NCBI GenBank assembly: GCA_965218585.1 | Contig: CBDCLE010000004.1 | Span: forward strand, 1 to 64,000 | Source: Terriglobia bacterium | GTDB lineage: Bacteria > Acidobacteriota > Terriglobia > 20CM-2-55-15 | Direction: 5' to 3' | DNA: 64,000 nucleotides | Made by a program: the position numbers and the translations under genes | Notes under the pieces: generated by a model | Database searches by the model: none | What the model was told of the DNA's origin: nothing | What the model saw: only the letters and a program-made list of their open reading frames with translations | Shown here: piece after piece, positions 31,270-41,499 of the stretch | How positions within the stretch are numbered: the stretch's first letter is position 1 | Layout of the letters: every line of letters starts with the position of its first letter

Positions 31270-31491
31270 GCGTTCATTAATTAGCGTCGGGCCCACCGTC
31301 CCCCTTTTACCCAATGATTTAGAGTGCACTGGCATGTGGCTATGCGAGGTTCGTCGGGAGCGCGAAAGCTGGTCCGGTCCCCCCACGCCGACGCATTCAA
31401 TTTAATTGAATTAATGAAATTACAGTTTTGGCTAATGTAATTCCACCAATTGTCGATGAAGAGGGTGTCTCTTTGCTCTATTGAGGACAGA

Positions 31492-32670
31492 ATGGAAAAA
31501 GCACTTATCAGCCGACAGCCGATTTATGAATTCGACCTGAACGTGGTCGGATACCAGCTGTTGTCTGAAGTGGACATCGGGGATGCAGTGCGCGATGTGG
31601 AATCCAGCTTCAGCACGTTTTCAGGCACCGGCCTGGACCACCTGACCGGAGAACACATCGCGTTCCTGAATGTGTCTCGAAACGCCGTCCTTGCCGGATC
31701 GTGCCGTGAACTCTCCAAGTCTCGGGTCGTTCTGGAAATTTCCGAGGGTGCTCGGTGCGACGAATCGTTAGGGGCGGGTTTGAAAGAGGTGTCGGACGCC
31801 GGCTACAAGCTTGCGATTCCAGATTCGGTGATTCGGGCCGACAGGCATTTTGCTGAGTTGGCCGACATAGTGCGACTCGATGTCAGCGGAATGAATGACC
31901 AGGAGATCGCCGCAGCCGTCGATGATTTTTCCGCATTGGATGCGAAGCTATTGGCCGACAGGCTCGAAGGATACGATGCCTTCGAGGTTTGCCGAGGGTT
32001 CAACTTTGATTACTTTCAAGGCCAGTTCTTCTGCAAACCGCGCGAAGGTACCCCAGATGTCGCTCTGAATCGTGCAGCCACTGTCCGCCTTCTGGCAAAG
32101 TTGCGCGATCCGAACCTGACGATTCACGAACTCGAAGACACCATCTCGTGCGACTTGACGCTCAGTTACGAGTTGCTGCGATGGGCGAACTCCGCCTATA
32201 TCGGCTTGAATCGGACCGTCGAATCGATCAATCACGCTACGCGGATGTGCGGCATCGACCGGGTGCGGCTCTGGGCGAGTCTGCTGGCCTTCCAGAAGAT
32301 GGAAATAGATCCTCACGAACTAGGGACGACAGCGATCGTTCGTGCTGCAATGTGTGAACGGCTGGCCGTCGGGGCCGACCATGAGAGGAAAGACACATAC
32401 TTCACGGCGGGTCTCTTTTCCGTGCTCGATGCACTCCTGGGTCGCGAGATGAGCGACGCTCTGGAATCGCTGCCTCTTTCCGAGGAACTGCTCAGGGCGC
32501 TGATCGATAGAGAAGGCATTGTCGGTGAGGCTCTGGCCTGCGTCATCGCGTACGAAGAAAGAGACTGGGAAAGGGTCAGGTTCCCCAAGCTTGGACGGAC
32601 CACGATACGGGGCCTCTATCTGGATTCGTTGGGCTGGACCCGTCATATCACAGAGGGTCTGTTGTACTAA
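31492..32670 (+). CDS. EAL-like/HDOD domain protein
   Basis: ISRQPI, AFLNV, VVLEI, FDYFQG.FFCKP, D..LSY.LLR.ANS, FTAGLFSVLDALL. Confidence 0.88.
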   Translation: MEKALISRQPIYEFDLNVVGYQLLSEVDIGDAVRDVESSFSTFSGTGLDHLTGEHIAFLNVSRNAVLAGSCRELSKSRVVLEISEGARCDESLGAGLKEVSDAGYKLAIPDSVIRADRHFAELADIVRLDVSGMNDQEIAAAVDDFSALDAKLLADRLEGYDAFEVCRGFNFDYFQGQFFCKPREGTPDVALNRAATVRLLAKLRDPNLTIHELEDTISCDLTLSYELLRWANSAYIGLNRTVESINHATRMCGIDRVRLWASLLAFQKMEIDPHELGTTAIVRAAMCERLAVGADHERKDTYFTAGLFSVLDALLGREMSDALESLPLSEELLRALIDREGIVGEALACVIAYEERDWERVRFPKLGRTTIRGLYLDSLGWTRHITEGLLY

Positions 32671-32777
32671 GGCGCCAACACCTGGCGGCTGGAGAGTTCG
32701 TTCCTAAGCTTTTAGAAGATAGAAAAAATCACGCCCGAAGTTCCCCGGCAGAGGGGTGTTTCTGATTGAAGTTTCGA

Positions 32778-33167
32778 AACACCACGACGAACACGTCGGC
32801 GAGTGTGACCTACGTTTCGTCTGCTCTCACCACGGCGGTCGACGCCACAGGTCTGGGTGTCAACACCGAGAACATCACAACCCAGGCCAACGCAGCGACG
32901 GCCATCTCGAACATCCAGACTGCGATCAGAACCCTGGGTACAGTCCAGGGTCGTGTCGGTGCGGCGATGAACCGGTTGAGTTTCGCCATATCGCAGGCGC
33001 AGACGATGTCTGTCAGTGTCCGGGCTTCAGAATCCCGAATTCGGGACGCCAACATAGCAGAAGAAGCGGCTTCGCTGACGAAGTTCAACATCTTGACGCA
33101 GAGTGGTCTGGCCGCTCTGTCTCAGGCGAACCAGTCGTCACAATCCGTACTCCAGCTCTTACGGTAA
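32778..33167 (+). pseudogene. 5'-truncated second flagellin (C-terminal half only)
   Basis: About 130 codons closely similar to the 3' half of fliC; no N-terminal half and no clear RBS. Confidence 0.88.
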
Positions 33168-33329
33168 ACCTGACACCACGTTTGGGTGATCCCGACCTGG
33201 GCAAGCAGTCGGCAGTTTCTCTAGCCGTTCTGTTAGGGATCACCCTTCTTGGTTTTACTTAGGTCCTGTCCATCTGACAGATCCGAGGGCGCGGTGCGTT
33301 CTCGGGAGAGAAATATCGAGGAGTGCGAA

Positions 33330-33935
33330 ATGAAGATTCTCATCGCCGCGGAAACATCCCGCCGGCGCCAATTCCTTCGGCGACGTCTCGCCGAATCAGG
33401 TTATAGGGAGTATCTCAGTGTAGAGGCGAGTCATGGCAAGATGGCGCTTCTTGAGATACTCGATCACAGACCCGATCTTGTGATTTCAGACGCGGATCTT
33501 CCCGAAATGTCCGGAATCGAAGTGCTTCGTCAAGTCCGGAGTCAAGGGTGCGGCATCGGGTTCCTGTTTGTCGTGAACAGTTCTCGAGCGGGCCTCCCCA
33601 TCCACGAGGATTCCCTTGCGGCAACGATTTCTGAGCCCGTAGACGCGCGGTTGTTCGGGCGTCTTGTGACCAAACTGATGGCTTCACGCCAGAAGCACGT
33701 CTATCTCCCGCGGCTGGTTAAGGTGGAGGTCCCGGGCGGCGCTACAAGCAGCGTTTTCGAGCCCGTTGTGAATGATGTGGAGAGCCCGCTCTCGAGGGTT
33801 CGCCTGGGCCGGGACCCAGCGCCCGGAGCCAATGGTCTTCAACAACAGATCAGCCAGTTACGCCGAGTCATCGCGACCCAGGGCATGAAGCTCCGTTCTC
33901 TGCGCCACGTCGTGGTCGTACCCCGCATTGTCTAA
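33330..33935 (+). CDS. Atypical response-regulator receiver protein
   Basis: MKILIA..PDLVISDADLPEMSGIEVL; acidic pair and conserved Lys absent; GAGGAG RBS. Confidence 0.7.
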   Translation: MKILIAAETSRRRQFLRRRLAESGYREYLSVEASHGKMALLEILDHRPDLVISDADLPEMSGIEVLRQVRSQGCGIGFLFVVNSSRAGLPIHEDSLAATISEPVDARLFGRLVTKLMASRQKHVYLPRLVKVEVPGGATSSVFEPVVNDVESPLSRVRLGRDPAPGANGLQQQISQLRRVIATQGMKLRSLRHVVVVPRIV

Positions 33936-33949
33936 GTATTAGTTCTAAA

Positions 33950-34015
33950 GGGACGGACACTCGATGCGAGCCCTTTGGCTTGCCCTTTCAACGCTCTTGT
34001 CAAGTGTCCGTCTCC
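33950..34015. repeat. REPIN-like inverted pair GGGACGGACACT...AGTGTCCGTCTCC
   Basis: Same arms as the element at 22170. Confidence 0.65.
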
Positions 34016-34086
34016 TCGAACCCCACTCTTTCTGGCAGATTCTTGTTGACCTGCCACGGGTCGCTGACCTAAAACTATGAGCCATC

Positions 34087-35070
34087 ATGACAAGAAAATA
34101 TTGCCCGGTGGTGGCCGCGCTTATGTGCCTGCTGTGGGGCGGGATCTCGTCAGGTCAGACCCCGGCCCAGGTCAGCTCACAAGACGCGGGAGGAGTGGAG
34201 GAAGCCGCACAGTTCCAGCTTGCGGTGGAAGTCGAGTTAGTCAACGTTGTGGCAACAGTTCTGGATGGCCAGGGCCGCTACGTCGAGGGCTTGACAGGAG
34301 ACGATTTTAATATCTTCGAGAATGGTGTCGAGCAGGAAATCTCGTTCTTTTCTCACGATCAGAGAGTACCGGTCAGCATGGGTATTCTGGTCGATACCAG
34401 CGGCAGCATGCGGCACAAGCTGCAGCAGTCGCTGCAAATCGCTCGGGAACTGGCCATGGCCCTGTCTCCGGCAGATGAAGTCTTTGTTATCTCCTTTTCA
34501 AACAACAGCGATGTGCTGACCGAGTTCACATCGAGCGGACCCGAGCTCCCTGAGATTTTCAGGGGTGTCCGTTCCGGTGGTGAGACTGCAGCCTTCGATG
34601 CGATCGGTCTGGGATTGGAAATGATGGAGGCGGCCGAGCACGACAAGAAAATCCTGCTGTTGATCACTGACGGTTTCGATACTCGCAGCAAGCTCCGATC
34701 CGAGGATATCGACGAGCTGCTGAAGCGCAACCAGGTTCTTGTGTACGCGATCGGAATCGATGACGATGACAGCGATCCCGAGGTCATGCGCCGGACCCGG
34801 TATCACGTGTATCACTACATGCTTGCCCTTCTCACCGACGTTACCGGTGGCCGGGCGTTCCGTTTGTACACGGGGAGACGTTATGCGCTGAGGAGCCTGG
34901 CGGAGATTCTGCTCGAGGAACTGCACCAGCAGTACACACTGAGTTACTACCCCACCAGTCTGGCTGATAAAGACTGGCGGGAAATTTCAGTGGATCTGGA
35001 CCACCCTGGTGCCACGGTTCGGCACCGCGGGGGATATTACATGTCGCTTTCTTCCGGGAGCGACGAATGA
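34087..35070 (+). CDS. Secreted VWA domain protein (acidobacterial type)
   Basis: V.VELVNV, DF.IFENGVEQ, DTSGS MIDAS, ITDG.D, TGG, QY.LSY.P. Confidence 0.9.
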   Translation: MTRKYCPVVAALMCLLWGGISSGQTPAQVSSQDAGGVEEAAQFQLAVEVELVNVVATVLDGQGRYVEGLTGDDFNIFENGVEQEISFFSHDQRVPVSMGILVDTSGSMRHKLQQSLQIARELAMALSPADEVFVISFSNNSDVLTEFTSSGPELPEIFRGVRSGGETAAFDAIGLGLEMMEAAEHDKKILLLITDGFDTRSKLRSEDIDELLKRNQVLVYAIGIDDDDSDPEVMRRTRYHVYHYMLALLTDVTGGRAFRLYTGRRYALRSLAEILLEELHQQYTLSYYPTSLADKDWREISVDLDHPGATVRHRGGYYMSLSSGSDE

Positions 35071-35122
35071 AACAGTGACGAGTGACGAGAACGTACTACG
35101 ACTTGTCACTCGTTACTTCTCT

Positions 35123-35712
35123 TTAGACTGCTTCGGCCAGGTCCTTCAGCGGGTCTGCGGCTTCGGTCGATTTCTGGCGGGCTTCTTCCAGAGCTGGAGC
35201 AGCCTGAACCATGAGCCTGACCACTTCCGGGTCGAACTGTCTTCCTGAACACTCCTTGAGCTCATCGATCGCCTTTTCTGTGGATAGAGCCCTCCGGTAA
35301 GGCCGGTTGCTCGTCATCGCGTCGAAAGTGTCGGCTGCCAGTATGAGCCGGGCTTCTATCGGGATTCGATCACCCTTCAAACCGTCCGGATACCCTTGGC
35401 CATCAAAGCATTCGTGATGGTTACGGACGGACGATTCCAGGTTGAATCCTTCCATCGTGCGCACGATTCGGCTGCCGATCACCGGGTGAGACTGAATCTG
35501 AAGCTGTTCTTCCATGTTCAGAACGCCGGGCTTGCACAGCAGAGCAGTCGGAACTCCGATTTTTCCGATGTCGTGGAGAATCGCACCGATCCGCAAATTG
35601 AATATCCATTCTTCACTGAATTCACCCGCCTGTCGTGCCAATAACTCCGAGTAACGCTCCACCCGATCGCAGTGGCCTGCGGTGTAGGTATCTTTGGCTT
35701 CGATCGATCGCG
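35123..35712 (-). pseudogene. HD-GYP c-di-GMP phosphodiesterase, 5' part deleted
   Basis: IEAKDTYTAGHCDRV, LHDIGK, HHE.FDG.GYP; similarity ends abruptly at the flgB junction. Confidence 0.85.
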
Positions 35713-35715
35713 CGC

Positions 35716-35838
35716 GTCGACATGGATCGGGAACTGACTGAAGTCACGAAGAACGGATTGGAGTTCATCACCCTGATGCAGTTCCTTCAGAACAAACTCC
35801 AGACGCTTCGATCCAGTATCAATGAAGGAGGGAACTGA
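35716..35838 (+). pseudogene. flgB: FlgB C-terminal remnant
   Basis: VDMDREL...KNGL.F..L.Q.L..K...LRSSI.EGG; stop overlaps the flgC start. Confidence 0.8.
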
Positions 35839-36269
35839 TGAGTTTACTTACGGCCATTGATATCAATGCAACCGGTATGCGTGCCCAGCGACAGCGTGTC
35901 GAAGTGGCGACGAGCAACCTGGCGAATGCACGGACGACACGAACCGCTGACGGTGGACCGTACCGGCGGCAGGATGTTGTCTTTCAGGCGAGCCCGTTTG
36001 CCGAGGCGCTGGCAAGAACATCAGGCGGTGGATGGACGCCCAGGGGCGTCGAGGTGGTTGAAGTCGTCGACGATCCGACGCCGTTCGTTGAGAGCTACGA
36101 GCCGGGACACCCGGACGCGAACGAGGCCGGCTACGTTTCCTATCCCAATGTCAACTCAATGCAGGAAATGGCAAACCTTGCGAACGCTTCGAGGAGCTAC
36201 CAGGCCAACATCTCCGCGATCAGCGTCCTTAAGACAATGATTCAACGCACTCTGGACATTGCACGATGA
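35838..36269 (+). CDS. flgC: Flagellar basal-body rod protein FlgC
   Basis: GMRAQR.R..V..NLANA.TT, GPYRR, YEPGHPDA..GYV.YPNV, RSYQAN. Confidence 0.96.
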   Translation: MSLLTAIDINATGMRAQRQRVEVATSNLANARTTRTADGGPYRRQDVVFQASPFAEALARTSGGGWTPRGVEVVEVVDDPTPFVESYEPGHPDANEAGYVSYPNVNSMQEMANLANASRSYQANISAISVLKTMIQRTLDIAR

Positions 36270-36336
36270 GTGAATTCTCGGTTTATAACGACCTTCAGAA
36301 GGTCATTCAGCCGCCAACCTCGACCCAGCCCAATCC
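36266..36336 (+). pseudogene. fliE: FliE N-terminal stub fused to the IS interior
   Basis: ATGA overlap with flgC; position between flgC and fliF; about 23 codons, then IS sequence. Confidence 0.6.
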
Positions 36337-36926
36337 AGAGCCAATTGGCGGGTCTGGTCGTCCTGGTAGGCACGGTCCATCAGCAGCGGCAGCGGCGCGG
36401 GCAACGGCCCCAGGCCGGCGAGCAGATCGCGGCCCTGCGGGGCGTCGTGCGCTTGGCCGGGCGAGAGCGCAAACGTTATCGCCGTTCGAGCATTCGCGGC
36501 AACCAGATGAATCTTGGTGGTCCATCCACCGCGGGATTTGCCGATCGCTTGCGGACCGTTTTTTTTAACGCTCCCGTGCCGTCGGGATGCACCTTCACAA
36601 TGGTCGAGTCCATCGAAACGGCTTCCACCCGGATGCGCACCAGTTGCTCGCGCTGGAGTTTTTCGAAGACGGCGTCGAGCACCCCGTTCTTGGACCAGCG
36701 GTTCATCCGGGTGTAGATGGTGTGCCAGTTGCCAAAGCGCTTGGGCAGACCGCGCCACTTGCAGCCCTGCTCAGCCACATACAAAATGGCGTTCAAGACC
36801 GTCAGGTTCGAAAGACTGACGTTGCCCCGCTGACGCGGCAGTTCCGGCTCGATGCGACAATACTGCTCCTGTGTGATCTCCATGCCTGATTATAAAACAT
36901 TCATGCTCATTAGTGTTAACACGCCC
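36332..36926 (-). mobile_element. IS5-family element, copy 4, missing about 220 bp including the right end
   Basis: Matches the other copies from AATCCAGAG to the left TIR; transposase 3' end absent. Confidence 0.93.
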
Positions 36927-36932
36927 TAAATT

Positions 36933-38768
36933 ATGGCCGTACCTTCAAACGTCGATCAATTCAAAGAGTGGTTTGCCTCCTACACGCTGTCTCAGAAGGT
37001 GGCAATTGTCGGATCCGCAGCGATGGCTGTCGTCTTGTTGTGGACCCTTGTGTACTTCGTCAATCAGGTGGACTACCAGGTGCTGTATTCGGAGCTGGAT
37101 CCCGCCGATGCTCAGGGCGTTGTCGAACGCCTGCAGGCGATGTCGATCGAGTATCAGGTCTCCGATGACGGATCAACCGTTCGGGTTTCCCGAGACCGTC
37201 TCTCCGAGGCCCGGATTCAGCTGGCGAGCGAAGGACTTCCTTCTTCAGGTCGAATCGGCTTCGAGATTTTCGACCGGACTAACTTCGGTCTGACGAATTT
37301 CCAGGAACAGGTCAACTTCCAGCGGGCGCTGGAAGGAGAACTTGCCCGCAGCATTACCACGCTTTCTGAAGTGGATGTTGCCCGGGTTCATCTCGTTTTG
37401 CCCTCAGAATCGCTGTTCCAGTCCGACGAAGACCAGACCAAGGCGTCGATCATCCTTCGTTTGAGACAGGGACGCTCCATCGACGACTCCGCCATCAACG
37501 GGATCGTGCACCTGGTTGCCAGTTCTGTTAAGGGGCTGGAGGCTTCCAGGGTGACCGTTGTCGACTACGCCGGCCGAATGTTGTCCAGAAACGACGAAGG
37601 CGGCCCGGCTTCCGGACGACAAACGGACACACGCCTCGGAGTTGAGATGGACCTGTCCGACAAGATCGTGCAAATCCTTGAGCCTGTAGTGGGCGTAGGC
37701 AAAGTGCGGCCGCAGGTGTCGCTCGTTATGGACTGGCAACAGGTCGAGGAGACCGTCGAGCAGTACGATCCGACTGCATCGGTTATACGTTCTCAGCAGC
37801 GCCGGACCGAGCGCGCCCCTGGAGGCGCAACCCAGGGTGAGGCGATCGGGGTTCCCGGACCGCAGGGTGACCTTCTCGATCCACTTGCCTTGGCAGACCC
37901 GGTTCCTGATGCTGGAGAATTCGTTACTGAAGATGAAGTGGTCAACTTCGAAGTTTCGAAGTCGGTCCGGCACGTCGTCAATCCTACGGGAGAGATCCAG
38001 AGGATGTCGGTGGCTGTCATCATCGATGACAAGACAGAGATCAATGTCGACGAAAACGGTGTGGCCACGCCGGTGACAGAACCGTGGACTGCCCAGGACA
38101 TGACCAAGTACAGAGACCTGGTTGCAGCGACCGTCGGCTTCACTCCTGAGCGAGGAGACACCCTGATCGTCGAAAACGTTTCCTTCGGCAACGAATTACT
38201 TCCCATCGAGCCGGCAACAATGCTCGAGAGGCAAGCGCCGTTGATATTGATGGGATTGCGTTACCTGATCATTCCGATCGTATTCTTGTTTGCGTACCTG
38301 CTCTTCCTCAGACCGCTACAGAAGACGATATTCGCGAAGTGGGAACCGCAGCTCCAACCTCAGCTGGCTACCCAACTGGCTCCGGCCGGGCTTCCCGCCG
38401 CCGGAGGGGTTATGGCTGCACCGCAATTTGCAGCTCCAGCGGTTGCCGGACAAGTTATGGCGCCGGCCATCGCCGCCGCTCCCATCACACCACCCCTGAT
38501 GATGGATGGTGGGATGCAGACACCCGTTTCGATCGGCCAGTTAGAAGAACAGTTGACCGCCAAACCGCTGCCCGCCTTGCCCGGACAGCAACCCGGTATG
38601 ATTTCAGAGGGAGCAGCAACCGATGGAACTCCAGAGCGTGAATTCCTCCCTCTCCCTACGTCTAACAAGGTCGACATGATCCGAAACCGCATCGTTGAGC
38701 ATGCGAAACGTGAACCTGAAACCGTCGCCCGCCTCGTGCGCGTGTGGCTTAACGAAGAAGGCAAATGA
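36933..38768 (+). CDS. fliF: Flagellar M-ring protein FliF
   Basis: GFEIFD, RALEGELARSI, ARVHLV.P..SLF, R.SVAV, RGD; two TMs. Confidence 0.96.
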   Translation: MAVPSNVDQFKEWFASYTLSQKVAIVGSAAMAVVLLWTLVYFVNQVDYQVLYSELDPADAQGVVERLQAMSIEYQVSDDGSTVRVSRDRLSEARIQLASEGLPSSGRIGFEIFDRTNFGLTNFQEQVNFQRALEGELARSITTLSEVDVARVHLVLPSESLFQSDEDQTKASIILRLRQGRSIDDSAINGIVHLVASSVKGLEASRVTVVDYAGRMLSRNDEGGPASGRQTDTRLGVEMDLSDKIVQILEPVVGVGKVRPQVSLVMDWQQVEETVEQYDPTASVIRSQQRRTERAPGGATQGEAIGVPGPQGDLLDPLALADPVPDAGEFVTEDEVVNFEVSKSVRHVVNPTGEIQRMSVAVIIDDKTEINVDENGVATPVTEPWTAQDMTKYRDLVAATVGFTPERGDTLIVENVSFGNELLPIEPATMLERQAPLILMGLRYLIIPIVFLFAYLLFLRPLQKTIFAKWEPQLQPQLATQLAPAGLPAAGGVMAAPQFAAPAVAGQVMAPAIAAAPITPPLMMDGGMQTPVSIGQLEEQLTAKPLPALPGQQPGMISEGAATDGTPEREFLPLPTSNKVDMIRNRIVEHAKREPETVARLVRVWLNEEGK

Positions 38769-39467
38769 GCGACGCATCAAAAGCTGCATCAATGTTCGTC
38801 CTGTTAGGTGAAGAGGTTGCTTCCGGCATCATGAAGCACCTCAACGAATCAGAAATAGAGCAACTGTCCAAAGAGATATCCAACGTCGGTGCGATCACGG
38901 CGGACAAGGCTGAGGAGAACGCAGAAGAACTCTATCAGATGCTTGTGGCCAATCGTTTCGTGTCCGAGGGTGGTGTCGACTACGCCCGCAAGGTCATCCT
39001 GAAGACCCTGGGCGCGGGATCGGCAAAACGCATCATAGACCGGCTTTCATCCAGCTATGCCAGTAACAATGCCTTTCAGTCCATCGACAAGGTTAATCCC
39101 ATACAGCTGTCGCAGTTTATCCAGCATGAACACCCGCAGACGATAGCTTTGATACTCGCACATCTGAGTGCGCGCGCCGGTGCTGAACTGCTGGAGTCGC
39201 TTCCGGAGGAAATTCAGGCCGAGGCCTCGGTCCGCATGGCCAACATCGAAGAAATTTCTCCTGACGTCATGAGTTCCATCGCTTCGGTTCTCGAAGAAAA
39301 ACTCAAACCGGTCGGCAATTACGGCGACGGAGAAGGACTGGGAGGCATCCGCGCGGTTGCTGAAATGTTCAACCGTTTGGATCGGAGAATGAGCCGTACG
39401 GTACTCGAGCAGATCGACGGTGATAAGCCTGAGATCGCGTGGAGGCGCCGAGGAATATGTCCAGTAG
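38765..39467 (+). pseudogene. fliG: FliG with an out-of-frame internal deletion of most of the C-terminal domain
   Basis: GGVDYA and EHPQTIALIL are intact; after KPEIA the DNA jumps to RGGAEEYVQ* (typical FliG terminus) in another frame. Confidence 0.88.
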
Positions 39468-40038
39468 AATCATTCGCGGCGCCAAACGCGTCAAGAAATC
39501 CCGGATCAGCTCGCCTGTGGGTGGCTCTATCAACGGTTTGCCTCAGAGCCACATCATGGAGGTGGAGAAGCAGGCTTTCGAGAAGGGTTATCACGAAGGT
39601 AACCGGATCGGGAAACAGATGGGCGAACAGATGATGGAGACGGCGGTCAAGAAGTACGACCAGACCGTCGTAGATTTAGCCATTTCTCACAAGAAGCTGG
39701 TTGAATCGATGGAAACCGAGACCGTTCGGCTCTCACTGGAGATCGCCAAGAACATACTGGGCAGGGAAGTGTCCACTGATCCCGACGTGGTGACTGCGCT
39801 CGTGACGCTGGCTCTGAAGAGGCTCGGGGGACATCACGAAATTGTTCTCAAGGTCAGTCCCGACGACTTTGAGCGAGTCCAGAGCGGAGTTGAGCACATC
39901 AATTCTGCCGTAAGCGTCGAACAGGTCGCATCTCTTGAGCGCGGCGACTTCGTCCTGGATACGAGCAAAACCCATTTCGACGGGCGGATGCTTACGCGGC
40001 TGAATCACGTGGGTCGTGCATTGTTAGACGAAGCCTAA
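39457..40038 (+). CDS. fliH: Flagellar assembly protein FliH
   Basis: AFEKGYHEG..G repeats; LKVSPDD and L.RGD...D motifs; position before fliI. Confidence 0.85.
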   Translation: MSSRIIRGAKRVKKSRISSPVGGSINGLPQSHIMEVEKQAFEKGYHEGNRIGKQMGEQMMETAVKKYDQTVVDLAISHKKLVESMETETVRLSLEIAKNILGREVSTDPDVVTALVTLALKRLGGHHEIVLKVSPDDFERVQSGVEHINSAVSVEQVASLERGDFVLDTSKTHFDGRMLTRLNHVGRALLDEA

Positions 40039-41381
40039 TGAGACGGGCCCTTACACAGTTTCCTACCCAACTCAGTCTCGAGTCCCGCCATGAGAAACTC
40101 GGGGGAGTGGATTCACTGATCGAATTCGGAGTGATCGAGAAGGTTGTCGGCAACTCGATTGAATCCCACGGACCCAATGTAACGACAGGTTCCGTGTGCT
40201 GGACCGAGGCGGGAGATCGCAGAATACCGCTCGAAGTTGTCGGATTTAATGCAGGCCGGGTCATCACGATGCCTCTGGGCAAACCGGAAGGCATCAAACA
40301 GGGTGATTCGGTTTACGCTTCCGGTCAAGTGGCGACGATCGGCGTTGGTGAGCAGTTGTTGGGCCGTGTCCTGGACGGTCTGGGCCGTCCGATTGATGAC
40401 CGCCCTCTGTCGGATACGCTCGATCGCCAGAGCCTGTATGCGGAACCCTCCAATCCACTGACTCGCGATCCGATTCGCGATTCCATTCAGACGGGCGTTC
40501 GCTCAATAGACGGTCTTCTGACCTGCGGACTTGGACAGAGGGTCGGTATCTTCGGCGGAAGTGGCGTTGGTAAGAGCACCCTGCTCGGCATGATTGCCCG
40601 TTACACGAGCGCTGATCTGAATGTCATAGCGATGGTCGGCGAGCGCGGCCGCGAAGTACGGGAGTTTATCGAGAACGATCTGGGTGAAGAAGGTTTGAAA
40701 CGTTCCGTCGTGTTCGTTGCGACTTCCGATCAACCGGCGCTGGTACGCATACGTGCTGCGTTTGCAGCTACGGCGGCGGCCGAATACTTCCAGAAGCAGG
40801 GCAAGAACGTGCTCCTGATGATGGACTCCGTGACCCGGTTCGCGATGGCTCAGCGCGAGGTTGGACTCGCCGCCGGAGAACCACCATCGACGAAGGGCTA
40901 TACGCCGTCAGTGTTCTCTCTTCTTCCCAGACTGCTGGCGCGTGCCGGAAAGTTCGACAAGGGAAGCATCACTGCGTTCTACACGATCCTGGTTGAAGGC
41001 GACGACATGAACGATCCGATCGCAGACTCGGTGCGAGCCATCCTGGATGGCCACATTGTCCTGGATCGGGACCTCGCTTCCCGAGGCCACTTCCCATCGA
41101 TCGATGTCCTGTCGAGCAATAGCCGATTGATGATGCAGATGGTGGACCCCGACCACCAGAACTCGGCCAACGAAATTCGAGACCTGATGGGGAGTTACAG
41201 AAAAGCGGAGGACCTGATCCAGATCGGTGCCTATAAGAAGGGCTCGAACGCACGGATCGATACCGCCGTAGACCGCGTTGATTCGATCAACACATTCCTG
41301 AAGCAAAGCTCAGAAGAACCCTCCGAACTGGATGAGACCCGGGATCAGCTGGTCGAACTGGCGGCCCTCGGGTCGAAGTAA
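40038..41381 (+). CDS. fliI: Flagellar export ATPase FliI
   Basis: GGSGVGKST, GERGREV, MDSVTRFAMAQRE, GYTPSVF, LDGHIVL. Confidence 0.96.
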   Translation: MRRALTQFPTQLSLESRHEKLGGVDSLIEFGVIEKVVGNSIESHGPNVTTGSVCWTEAGDRRIPLEVVGFNAGRVITMPLGKPEGIKQGDSVYASGQVATIGVGEQLLGRVLDGLGRPIDDRPLSDTLDRQSLYAEPSNPLTRDPIRDSIQTGVRSIDGLLTCGLGQRVGIFGGSGVGKSTLLGMIARYTSADLNVIAMVGERGREVREFIENDLGEEGLKRSVVFVATSDQPALVRIRAAFAATAAAEYFQKQGKNVLLMMDSVTRFAMAQREVGLAAGEPPSTKGYTPSVFSLLPRLLARAGKFDKGSITAFYTILVEGDDMNDPIADSVRAILDGHIVLDRDLASRGHFPSIDVLSSNSRLMMQMVDPDHQNSANEIRDLMGSYRKAEDLIQIGAYKKGSNARIDTAVDRVDSINTFLKQSSEEPSELDETRDQLVELAALGSK

Positions 41382-41396
41382 ACTTCTTAAACCATC

Positions 41397-41463
41397 GGGG
41401 ACAGGTCCGTGCACTACTCTGCCGTGAAGCTAGCTGGTTTGAGTATGGCACGGCCCTGTCCCC
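41397..41463. repeat. REPIN-like inverted pair GGGGACAGG...CCTGTCCCC between fliI and fliJ
   Basis: 16-bp arms with one mismatch. Confidence 0.65.
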
Positions 41464-41499
41464 TTTTGGTTGCACAGGGCTAAGCCTGAACGAGCGGAT

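Noticed and set aside
33170-33330. c-di-GMP riboswitch near the flagellar genes
   Set aside because: Only a simple GGGTGATCCC/GGGATCACCC hairpin is present; the GEMM motifs are not recognisable.
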